A DNA stretch of 64,000 nt from Parasphingorhabdus sp. (lineage in GTDB: Bacteria; Pseudomonadota; Alphaproteobacteria; Sphingomonadales; Sphingomonadaceae), in assembly GCF_039939955.1 (NCBI RefSeq), contig NZ_JBDVHS010000006.1, positions 62,580 through 126,579 on the forward strand. Direction: 5' to 3'. Below, in pieces: positions 29,860 through 38,037 of this stretch (positions are counted from its first letter, which is position 1; the number at the start of each line of letters is the position of its first letter). The notes under the pieces were generated by a model, which worked only from the letters and a program-made list of their open reading frames with translations, was not told where the DNA came from and did not search any database. Position numbers and translations under genes: made by a program.

Positions 29860-30338
29860 CGCGCCGCAATCCCGGCGATCAGCAGGATCAGCGCCACAGT
29901 GCAGCTCACCGTCCGGACATGGTTCCACGGCAACCAGCGCTGCATATAGCGACGCCACATGGCCTCGGCATCCGGTCCCGCCGCATCGGTCGCTTCGAGC
30001 GCATTGTTCAGCGGCACATTGCCGACCATCGTCACCACCAACATGCCCAGCACATAAAGCGCCCCGCCGCCAACCATCTGCCAGGCGCCAGCATTGCCCC
30101 ATTGCATCACGCCAAAGACCGCGAGCAATAGACAAGCCAGACTGCTCAGAAAGAACAGCGGCAGAAACAACGACCGCAAGATGATCCGGTTGATCGACTG
30201 CATCGCCAGCATGCCGACCGGCCGCCCCGCCGCGTCGAGCGATTGCAGGACAAAGGCCGAGAAGGTGAAATAGACCCCCGCCATGATGCCCACCGATATC
30301 GTGGCGAACCAGAGCGTTGCGGTGATCACTTGTTCCAT
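29856..30338 (-). CDS. DUF1772/anthrone oxygenase family membrane protein
   Basis: AGVYFTFS, MQSIN, GNVPLNNAL, WNHVRT. Confidence 0.85.
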   Translation of the reverse strand: MEQVITATLWFATISVGIMAGVYFTFSAFVLQSLDAAGRPVGMLAMQSINRIILRSLFLPLFFLSSLACLLLAVFGVMQWGNAGAWQMVGGGALYVLGMLVVTMVGNVPLNNALEATDAAGPDAEAMWRRYMQRWLPWNHVRTVSCTVALILLIAGIAAR

Positions 30339-30341
30339 CCT

Positions 30342-30674
30342 TTAGGCGTCCCGTTCCTTCATCTGCCGCATCCGCAACAGCAGATAGAGCGCAAAGCCGA
30401 CGGCGACACCGGGAATGATTCCCAGCAACGCGCAAATCCAGCCATGGCGAATATCCAAAGCCTTTGCTTCATAAGCGATCCAGGCGGCCAATATGACCCA
30501 GCAGGCCAATACATCGGAAGAATAGCCGCTGGCATAAGGATTGACGAACCCGGCGGCAAAAGCGCCGATAACATCCGGCTCGGCGATCAGGGGCGGGATC
30601 ACCAGCATGATGAATATCCCGAGAAACACCGCAGCAGCGGCGATGATCGTGGCTTTAAACAATGGTTCGCTCAT
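30342..30674 (-). CDS. DUF2834-like membrane protein
   Basis: NPYASGYSSDV, GVAVGFALYLLLR. Confidence 0.65.
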   Translation of the reverse strand: MSEPLFKATIIAAAAVFLGIFIMLVIPPLIAEPDVIGAFAAGFVNPYASGYSSDVLACWVILAAWIAYEAKALDIRHGWICALLGIIPGVAVGFALYLLLRMRQMKERDA

Positions 30675-30790
30675 AATATCATCTCTCTCCTATTGCCCGC
30701 CTGTTCCCGGCGGACTGGCCGGCAAGCTAGGCCGGAAGCGCGGCCTTGGCAAATCGCGCACCGCGCCGAACTTTACACAATCACGCGCTT

Positions 30791-31270
30791 TTATTTTCTG
30801 TCACCTTCCGGCCCCTCGCCCCCATCCTCCTCCGGCGGCAGCATCCGGTCAAGCCGCCCGAGTAGCGTCAAAAGCGCGCTATTGTCGGCTTTTCGGACCG
30901 TCCCGACATAGCGGCCGCCGCGCAGGACGGGCCGGTAGCTGCCCTGCTTTAGCCGCTGGAACAGCGTTTCTAGTGTGACCTTTCGCCGCTGACCTGCTGG
31001 CACACCCATTATCATATCCCAGGCCGCAACAAATTCCTCAGCGCCGGGCTTGCGGCGGAGCCGATAAGCGCTCTCCCTGCTCATCCCGACCAGCGCCGCC
31101 GCCTTTTTGACGCAGCGGGTCTGCGCCAGCAGCCCAATAAATTCCGCCTGCCGGACCGGCGACCAGCCGTCGGCGCGCGGGCGCAGCGGCACGGGCGTAA
31201 AAGCAGGGACGCGAGAAATGGTGCGTTCTTGCACAGAACGGCTGCGGGGGTCGGGACGGAAGTCTAACAT
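30791..31270 (-). CDS. Hypothetical HTH-like protein of sphingomonads
   Basis: FTPVPLRPRADGWSPVRQAEFI...AAALVGMSRESAYRLR (HTH-like). Start uncertain. Confidence 0.6.
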   Translation of the reverse strand: MLDFRPDPRSRSVQERTISRVPAFTPVPLRPRADGWSPVRQAEFIGLLAQTRCVKKAAALVGMSRESAYRLRRKPGAEEFVAAWDMIMGVPAGQRRKVTLETLFQRLKQGSYRPVLRGGRYVGTVRKADNSALLTLLGRLDRMLPPEEDGGEGPEGDRK

Positions 31271-31394
31271 GATCGGGATTAAGGCATATCGGGAGCGGTG
31301 TAGGAAAGGGAATTGAACTCAAATTTGGATATACCAAATTCGCTAGCCTTGGAAAAATCATGTATCTGATCATCATCGACAACAAACGAAAGAG

Positions 31395-31940
31395 TCAGCC
31401 TGGCGATAACGTGCAAGCAATCTCACGAACGGCTGGCCAAACCCGTATCAGAATTTGAACCAAGAAGAACAAGAATGCACAAAGCCATATAGCTATTGAG
31501 ACTATCGATAAGATAATCATGTGATACGACACTGATGGTTTTTTTACTATCTGCTGGTCAACCCAACGTCGGAAAAACGACTGCTTCTTGCTACCCTTAA
31601 GTGATTGACGAACCTGTTCCTTGATATCTTTCATAGGACGTTCAAAGGAAGTTACCCCGAGCTTTTCTGCTAGTTCATTGACTTCAACTTCCCAGCTTTC
31701 TTGCCAAAAACGCGACCCTAGATTTGTTCTAAACCATAAAAACGAGGTGATCGTTCCAAACACCGTAATAATTAACGCCAGCAGATTATCGTCAACTGCA
31801 ATCGCTCCAATTCCTAATGCAGTGATCAACACTAGAAAATAGTTTGAACGCTGCCAGAACAGCTGAATCTCAAAAGCTCGGTTTTCCAATGCAATATCGA
31901 GCTCTTTTAGACGATCAGATTTGGTTTTCTTGCTAGCCAA
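31395..31940 (-). CDS. 3-TM membrane protein, candidate effector (resembles 'RipA family octameric membrane protein', from memory)
   Basis: RAFEIQLFWQRSNYF, TM-TM, GSRFWQESWE, SVS, TM. TTG start overlaps the upstream stop. Confidence 0.75.
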   Translation of the reverse strand: MASKKTKSDRLKELDIALENRAFEIQLFWQRSNYFLVLITALGIGAIAVDDNLLALIITVFGTITSFLWFRTNLGSRFWQESWEVEVNELAEKLGVTSFERPMKDIKEQVRQSLKGSKKQSFFRRWVDQQIVKKPSVSYHMIILSIVSIAIWLCAFLFFLVQILIRVWPAVREIACTLSPG

Positions 31941-32919
31941 AGGATTTAGCTCGAGGAAGTTTAATTTTACCTGTATATATGTTTCTCAAAATCATTTCTG
32001 ACCAAAGATCAAACGATGACAGGTCGTTCAAACGATGACTTAAATCCAACCAACTCAGTTGGTTTATTGAAAGCTCGCCTTTTTTCGGAATCTCATCATT
32101 TTTGTGGTGAAATGCAACCAAGACCGCAATGTGGTGTCGAGCATCAAAATTGTCGTCAACATTCACGTATCCAAGGATTTCCGTGCGTTCTTCCGTATCA
32201 GTAACGTCTGCATAAACATCGTCTAGAAAAAGCTCTTCGCGCAGCTCTCGGACCGCGTTATTTCGAAATGCATCCGATCCCATATTAAATAGGTCAAAAT
32301 CTTGGTCATTTATATGGCCACCAAACCCTACGCTAAGCTGCCCCTTTAACTCGTCGCTGGTTGTTGTGAATTTTCCTCTCTTATAGATCAGCAACTTTGA
32401 CCCGTAATACACCAAGGTAAAAGTAACAAATTGCTTTAATGTATCGTCTGTCTCTGCGGATGCACGATCCACAAATTTGCACTCTCGTTCGTAAAGGTTT
32501 TTAAATTCATCGTCGCTGAAAGGGGTATACTCGCCGTAGATAAGAGAATTTAGTTGGTCTTTAGGAGCCACTAGAACATTCTCTTTACGGATAGACTTCG
32601 TTCGTAAATGTCCAGCGTAGGCTTGCTTATATTCTTCGGGAGTTCCAACTAAGGAAGCCACTTCGTGCAAAAAATACTTGGCTGGCCCTGTCCTATAAAA
32701 CGCTGAACGACTACTTTTCTGACGAATGTTTTCAGAGAGCCTCGCTGCCAAAGTCTTATCCATTCTCAGTCCGGATAAATGAGATGGCAGGAAACCTTCC
32801 TCACGAGCGAAATCAAGAATCTCAGAAGGGCTTAGCGGCGTTTTCTTTTGCAAGATGGCTTGATAGGCCACGTTCAAATAAGCGTTGTCGCCGAAAGAGG
32901 ATGGAGCACTCTCAGCCAT
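31933..32919 (-). CDS. HARE-HTH winged helix fused to Nudix-fold (COG4112-like) phosphoesterase
   Basis: N-terminal AYQAILQKKTPLSPSEIL...KTLAARLSENI...FYRTGPAKYFL. C-terminal KQFVTF...YKRG...LSVGFGGHI...AVRELREEL. Confidence 0.75.
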   Translation of the reverse strand: MAESAPSSFGDNAYLNVAYQAILQKKTPLSPSEILDFAREEGFLPSHLSGLRMDKTLAARLSENIRQKSSRSAFYRTGPAKYFLHEVASLVGTPEEYKQAYAGHLRTKSIRKENVLVAPKDQLNSLIYGEYTPFSDDEFKNLYERECKFVDRASAETDDTLKQFVTFTLVYYGSKLLIYKRGKFTTTSDELKGQLSVGFGGHINDQDFDLFNMGSDAFRNNAVRELREELFLDDVYADVTDTEERTEILGYVNVDDNFDARHHIAVLVAFHHKNDEIPKKGELSINQLSWLDLSHRLNDLSSFDLWSEMILRNIYTGKIKLPRAKSFG

Positions 32920-33586
32920 TGGCCTTTTGATTTCTAAATATTAACCCATACACTCGCTTGGACCCTATCGATCGTTCGGTAAATACTTTCAACGAAAACC
33001 CCATCTGCATAACGCAGTCTATGATTCGTTCCAAACGGTCAGCGATGAAGGGATACTCTTCTCCTGTAAACCGGTCAACTTTGTCCAAAGTGATCGGGTT
33101 ATCCAAAAACTCAGAAACAATGTTCGATGAGCCTAGTTCAATCGCTTCTGCCAGAATATCCTGCCATACGTCCGGTACAATCAAAATTAAACTGCCATCC
33201 GAAGTACAAAGAGAGCAGATCTTTTTTATCACAGATGGCGATGTTCCCAATTCCAACAATGAAAAACTAACTAACACTGCTTCAAAATGAGCATTATCTA
33301 GTATCGCTTCAAGGACGTCACCACATATAATTTTTTGCTGCATATCGTTCGGTTTAAGTTTTTCCGCATGATCCAATCTACGCTGATTACTGTCAACGAG
33401 TGTCCAAAAAGCTTCATGGGAAAGCCCTCGATCGATTTCACGAGATAAATGACCGGTTGCAGCACCGACGTCAACAATAGACGAAACCAACTCCTTATTG
33501 AGGTAATCTCTAACAAAAGGTATTATAAAACTGGTACGAATTGGATCAATATTTGAACCATTTTCCCATTGCAGCACTTCGTCCAA
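32912..33586 (-). CDS. Class I SAM-dependent methyltransferase (small-molecule type)
   Basis: Motif I IVDVGAATGHL, acidic motif II LVDSN, GD, GSLILIVP. TTG start. Confidence 0.8.
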   Translation of the reverse strand: MDEVLQWENGSNIDPIRTSFIIPFVRDYLNKELVSSIVDVGAATGHLSREIDRGLSHEAFWTLVDSNQRRLDHAEKLKPNDMQQKIICGDVLEAILDNAHFEAVLVSFSLLELGTSPSVIKKICSLCTSDGSLILIVPDVWQDILAEAIELGSSNIVSEFLDNPITLDKVDRFTGEEYPFIADRLERIIDCVMQMGFSLKVFTERSIGSKRVYGLIFRNQKANG

Positions 33587-33795
33587 ATTTAAATAACCCC
33601 ACTATTTATATCTAGAGTATCTGTTTTTGTTACTACACGTTTCTTACTATTTCAATTTTTTTGATTTGCGCCAATTGTAAGAGAAAAATTTGTCATTGGA
33701 AATTTTCGCTAGCAGAATCAAAAACAATTCACCCAATGCAAAACCAACACAGATTTGATACCCTCCTCCCAACCACCACAACAGGAGGCCCCACC

Positions 33796-34242
33796 ATGAC
33801 CACCCCCCAACCAACCCACCGCCAGGGCCATTGCCTCTGCGGCGCCATCACGATCACCGCCGCACAGGCCGTTAGCCATGTCGATTCCTGTCATTGCCGG
33901 ATGTGCCGGCGTTGGGGTGGCGGGCCGTTTGTCGAGATTGATTGCGGGACGGATGTGGTGATTGACGGGGCGGAGAAGATGACCGTCTACAGCTCGTCGG
34001 AATGGGCGGAGCGGGCCTTTTGCGGGGATTGCGGCTCGCATCTCTTCTATCGCCTGAAGGGTTCGGGCGAGCATATGGTCTGCGCCGGGCTGTTCGACGA
34101 TGCGACGGACAAGGATGACGGGCTGGCCCTCCGCCGACAGGTGTTTATCGATGAGAAGCCCTCTTATTACAGCTTTGCCGGGGATAGCGAGATGCTGACC
34201 GGTGCGGAGCTGTTTGCGCAGGCTGGCGTAGAGCAGGAATAG
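33796..34242 (+). CDS. GFA family protein
   Basis: GHCLCG, CHCRMCRR, FCGDCGS. SD AGGAGG at 33783. Confidence 0.9.
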   Translation: MTTPQPTHRQGHCLCGAITITAAQAVSHVDSCHCRMCRRWGGGPFVEIDCGTDVVIDGAEKMTVYSSSEWAERAFCGDCGSHLFYRLKGSGEHMVCAGLFDDATDKDDGLALRRQVFIDEKPSYYSFAGDSEMLTGAELFAQAGVEQE

Positions 34243-34269
34243 GAACGCCAGTCCGGTTCGTGCCGGGTC

Positions 34270-34560
34270 CTTCGACCGGCTCAGGACGAACGGTGGGGTG
34301 TGGACGCACCTGCTCTAGTCTCAACCAATCCGTTCGTGCTGAGCCTGTCGAAGCATGAGTGGGAAAAACTGAACCTGCCTCATAGACGCGGCCCAACAGG
34401 CTCACGATGAACGGTTGGGGGTGGAAGCGTCTTGTTCTTGCCTCAACCACTCCGTTCGTGCTGAGCTTGTCGAAGTACGGGTTGGAAGATCTGGGCCTGC
34501 CTCATAGACGCCGCCGTTGACCTGCGGTCGCCTTCGGCCCGACAAGCTCGGGACGAACGG
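34270..34560. repeat. BIME-like array of five alternating REP-type repeats (consensus CCGTTCGTGCTGAGCYTGTCGAAG)
   Basis: Copies at 34270(-), 34330(+), 34391(-), 34452(+), 34537(-). Linkers CTCAACCA and CTGCCTCATAGACG recur with ~121-122 bp period. Confidence 0.85.
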
Positions 34561-34582
34561 GGTTTTTCGCTTTCCCGCACCC

Positions 34583-35434
34583 CTAGCCGCGCTTCAGCAT
34601 TCGTTCCGCCCGCGCCAAAGCGCGCTGGCTATAGCTTTTGAGGCGATTGTCTGCGGGATATATACGCGGCGAGGACGGGCGCAGGCCGATTTGGCGCAGG
34701 CGGCTGTTAAAGCGGCAGGCATCGGCGTGGTGAAAACTCCACTCGCTGCGCCAGGTCAGCGATAGCGAGACCGAGACCTCGTCATGGACCTTCACCCAAT
34801 GCGGGCTAAGGATCGGTACATAGATGGCCTCGCCGGGGGTGACGGTGATCGGCTGGCCGCGTTCTTCCCATTCCGGTTGCCACGGCAGATTGCGCGGGCC
34901 GCCATTGAAATATTGCTCGAAAAACGGGTCCCCGATCATGTCCGGGTCGGCGGCCGGGAAAACGGTCATCGTCTTTTTGCCCAGCGCCTGGAACATGATA
35001 TTATATTCCGGGTCAAAATGCAGCGGCGTGACCGCTTGCGGTGAGGAGATGAAGATAAAGCCCTCCAGCCGCATCATCTCTCCGGTACGCGGCTCGACCA
35101 CCGGCTCAATCGCGGACAGCACATCGCGCATCAACTGCGCATAGGCCGGGTCCTGATCGATGGTCTTGAGCAAAACCCAGGAGCCACAGCTGTCGATCTG
35201 CGCAATCGTTTCGTGGACGTCCAGCCCGGTATAAGGCGTTTCTTCATAGGCTATACCAAGCGGCAAATCGGTCGCGGCGTTAAATTCAATCGATTCCGGG
35301 CGCAGCCGCCGCGCGAGCGCCGCCAACGCGTCCAGCTCCAGCAAAGGGTGGCTTGCAATTTCGTGCGTCAACTGACGCGGCATATGCGGATAGGCAGCGC
35401 TCAGCGCGCCCAATGTTTCGGTAGAAAATGGCAT
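34583..35434 (-). CDS. Cupin-like/JmjC domain protein
   Basis: FISSPQAVTPLHFDPE, PGEAIYVP..HWV. Start placed at MPFST. Confidence 0.75.
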   Translation of the reverse strand: MPFSTETLGALSAAYPHMPRQLTHEIASHPLLELDALAALARRLRPESIEFNAATDLPLGIAYEETPYTGLDVHETIAQIDSCGSWVLLKTIDQDPAYAQLMRDVLSAIEPVVEPRTGEMMRLEGFIFISSPQAVTPLHFDPEYNIMFQALGKKTMTVFPAADPDMIGDPFFEQYFNGGPRNLPWQPEWEERGQPITVTPGEAIYVPILSPHWVKVHDEVSVSLSLTWRSEWSFHHADACRFNSRLRQIGLRPSSPRIYPADNRLKSYSQRALARAERMLKRG

Positions 35435-35624
35435 CCTAACCATCGTCATCATATTCCCGTTATTTGCGACCATCCTCACGATAGGCAAAGATCGTTAAAA
35501 TACGATAAAATGGAGACAGTTGGGTGGATATCCGCGATCAGTTCGCAAGGTGGCGGGTACGAATGCCCTACGCGGCGTAGCGCACCGGATCGAAGCGATC
35601 GCACCGATTTTTGCAAGTCGGTCA

Positions 35625-35659
35625 TTGACAATTTCAATTAGGAATAATACATTCGTATT
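35625..35659 (+). promoter_or_regulatory. Sigma70 promoter TTGACA-17-TACATT with overlapping inverted repeat (candidate Rrf2 operator)
   Basis: -35 at 35625-35630, -10 at 35648-35653. TAGGAAT-N5-ATTCGTA at 35639-35657. Confidence 0.6.
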
Positions 35660-35660
35660 T

Positions 35661-36152
35661 ATGAAAACCAACAGCTCTCTTGAACCCGCCCTTCATATCA
35701 TGCTGCTGCTGGCCGCTGCCCCGGCCGGGCGCGAGCTAGCGGCCCATGATCTGGCCGACTTCCATGAATTGCGGCGCTCGACGCTTGCAAAAGTGTTACA
35801 GCAGCTCGGCGCAGCGGGATTGGTTGCCGGATCTGCGGGGCGCTATGGCGGCTACCAGCTGACACGTCGTCCGGCGGAGATCAGCGTCTATCAGGTCGCC
35901 GCCGCGATTGAAGGCGTCGAGCCCAGTTTCCACTGCCACGAAATTCGCCGCAACGGCCCCTGCGCCGGTGCCAAGGGCGATTATTCGCCCCGCTGTGCGA
36001 TTGCCCAGGCCATGGACGCCGCCACCCTCGCCTGGCGCCGCGCGTTGGAGGACGTAAGCATCGCCGACCTTCTCCAGACAACCGGCGACACCACCGCACC
36101 GGCGATCCAGCAAAAGACCAAAGACTGGTTTGTCGAACATCTTAGAAATTAG
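35661..36152 (+). CDS. Rrf2 family transcriptional regulator
   Basis: LAKVLQQL..AGLV..GRYGGYQL, ISVYQV, three Cys (FHC...GPC...RC). Confidence 0.9.
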   Translation: MKTNSSLEPALHIMLLLAAAPAGRELAAHDLADFHELRRSTLAKVLQQLGAAGLVAGSAGRYGGYQLTRRPAEISVYQVAAAIEGVEPSFHCHEIRRNGPCAGAKGDYSPRCAIAQAMDAATLAWRRALEDVSIADLLQTTGDTTAPAIQQKTKDWFVEHLRN

Positions 36153-36164
36153 AAAGGGCCTGAT

Positions 36165-36596
36165 ATGACCACCCGCGAGATCAACCAACAATGTTTGCTG
36201 CGCCACATGAAGGCGGAAGCCGAGCATGACATGGCCGGCACATTGGCCACCATCCATCTCGATGCGCTGTTTGAGGATCAGCCGATTGGCCTGATATTGA
36301 ACGGACGCGAGGAAACTGCGCGCCATTATGATCTGTGGTGGAGCGCCTTTGGTATCCAGACCGACGGTGGCGCCTTGCACTGGGTCCGCGATGATTTCGT
36401 CATCGGCGACGCCTATTTTATCGGCAAACATATCGGCCCGTTTCTGGGCATCGAGCCAACCGGGCGCGCGGTCCGCTTCCCCTTCACCGTCTATGTCCGG
36501 TTCAAGGACGGCCTGCTTTCGGGCGAACGGTTTTTCTATGATCTGAACATGATCATGGCGCAGCTTGGCCAGCCAAGCGTTCCCCTCGCGGCATGA
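36165..36596 (+). CDS. SnoaL/NTF2-like ester cyclase family
   Basis: H..AE..HD, HIGPFLGIEPTGRAV, ERFFYD. Confidence 0.82.
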   Translation: MTTREINQQCLLRHMKAEAEHDMAGTLATIHLDALFEDQPIGLILNGREETARHYDLWWSAFGIQTDGGALHWVRDDFVIGDAYFIGKHIGPFLGIEPTGRAVRFPFTVYVRFKDGLLSGERFFYDLNMIMAQLGQPSVPLAA

Positions 36597-37045
36597 GCGC
36601 ACCAGCAAAACCGCCCGCATTGTTCCTGCTCTGGCCGGAGGGCCGCGACGCGATGATCGCGGTGGATCGGCTGTGCGAGGCTGAGGGGCTATCGCTGCGG
36701 TCGCTGGAGCTGGTGCGGCTCTGGTGCTCGGTGCTCAACCGCTGCAGTTTTTGTATCACCATGCATAGCGCCCTGGCGGAGGCTGCCGGCGTTCCCCCCG
36801 CCCTGCTCGAATACCTGACCGAGCGACGCGTACCGGCCGCTCTCGACGATGGCGATCGGGCACTGCTCGGACTGGCCAGCGCGATGACGAAGCTGGACGA
36901 CAACGCATCCCTAAAGGCCGCACAACAAGCGATGGCGCTGCATTTTAGCGAGCGGGAAACCGCGCTATTCAGCTATGCCATCGCCCAGATCAACGCGTGG
37001 AACCGGCTCGCCCTCACCAGCGAGGCCATGGCGGCGCGGGACTAG
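36593..37045 (+). CDS. Carboxymuconolactone decarboxylase/AhpD-like protein
   Basis: ELVRLWCSVLNRCSFCITMH, INAWNRL. Confidence 0.85.
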   Translation: MSAPAKPPALFLLWPEGRDAMIAVDRLCEAEGLSLRSLELVRLWCSVLNRCSFCITMHSALAEAAGVPPALLEYLTERRVPAALDDGDRALLGLASAMTKLDDNASLKAAQQAMALHFSERETALFSYAIAQINAWNRLALTSEAMAARD

Positions 37046-37050
37046 CCCCC

Positions 37051-37962
37051 TTACGCCGCGTAGCGCACCGGATAGCTCGGCAGGTTCATGATTTCTGCTG
37101 CCTGCGCCGGTGTCGCGATGGGTCGGCCCAGCCGCGTGGCGAGCGCCACCACTTCTTCGACCAGTTCGACATTCTGCGGCGTACGCGGACCGCCATAGGG
37201 TTCGATCCCGACCTGCACATGGCCGCCACGCAGGATCGCTTCCTCGGCCAGACCGCAGCCGACACAATCCGCGCCAAAGCTCGACACCAGCCACGGCAGG
37301 CCACTGCCCTCGATCATCTCGAGATAAGCATCGAGCGCTTTTGCGGTCGGCGGCAGGCCAAAGGGTTGATCCTCGGTGCCGAAATAGAATTTCATAATCC
37401 CGCCCGGCGGCAGCTTGCCCGCGCGGTGCAGCGCCATGATGAACTTCACAAAGCCGGGTTCAAAAATCGAGATGCTCATCCCCAGCTTCAACCGGCGGCA
37501 TGCTTCGACATAATAGTGACTATCGTGCATGTCGTTGCGATAGATCAGCTGCGTCGGAGCGAAGACGCCGTCAGGACCGGGCACCGCAACATTGAAACTG
37601 CCGGGATCGCACAGACCCTGCGCGATCAGGCCCTCGTCCGCCATCGCCTCGATATGCGAGAAACGCTCCTCGACCGGCACGCCCTCTTTCCCCGGCATGG
37701 TCGGGGTGAGAATGGCATCGGGGCGTAGTTTGAGCAATTTCCGCCACGGCCGCGCGTAATTTTCCGCGTCCATCACCCCGGTGCCGCCAAAGACCGGCGC
37801 CTCGGTATGATTGTGCACGAGGGCCGCGCCCGCCTCCATACAGGCCACCGCCTGCGAGACAATTTCGTCATCGCTATAGGGCACATGTGGGTTCTGCGCC
37901 TTTTTGACGGAACCGTTGAGCGAGACTTCGATGATGAGCGGAATATCGGAGATTTGAGTCAT
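37051..37962 (-). CDS. Beta-keto acid cleavage enzyme (3-keto-5-aminohexanoate cleavage family)
   Basis: IIEVSLNG, NPHVP, GAALVHNH, GHVQVGIE, NVELVE. Confidence 0.85.
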   Translation of the reverse strand: MTQISDIPLIIEVSLNGSVKKAQNPHVPYSDDEIVSQAVACMEAGAALVHNHTEAPVFGGTGVMDAENYARPWRKLLKLRPDAILTPTMPGKEGVPVEERFSHIEAMADEGLIAQGLCDPGSFNVAVPGPDGVFAPTQLIYRNDMHDSHYYVEACRRLKLGMSISIFEPGFVKFIMALHRAGKLPPGGIMKFYFGTEDQPFGLPPTAKALDAYLEMIEGSGLPWLVSSFGADCVGCGLAEEAILRGGHVQVGIEPYGGPRTPQNVELVEEVVALATRLGRPIATPAQAAEIMNLPSYPVRYAA

Positions 37963-38037
37963 GACAATCTCCTAGCATAAGCCCCTCGTCATCCCCAGCC
38001 CTCTTGACGTCCCACCGTATCGCTGTATTAATACAGT

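Noticed and set aside
29860-30435. 360 aa ORF 29353-30435 as one protein
   Set aside because: The upstream part overlaps the DUF1772 gene in another frame. The GNAT domain starts at 29859.
32912-33586. Methyltransferase as a DNA MTase of a restriction-modification system
   Set aside because: No NPPY/DPPY/SPPY or PC catalytic motif, it is short, and no nuclease gene is adjacent.
34270-34560. Repeat array as a CRISPR
   Set aside because: Repeats alternate in orientation, the spacers are themselves duplicated, and there are no cas genes. It fits REP/BIME.
35520-35660. N-terminal extension of the Rrf2 ORF
   Set aside because: It spans the promoter. The Rrf2 domain begins at ATG 35661.
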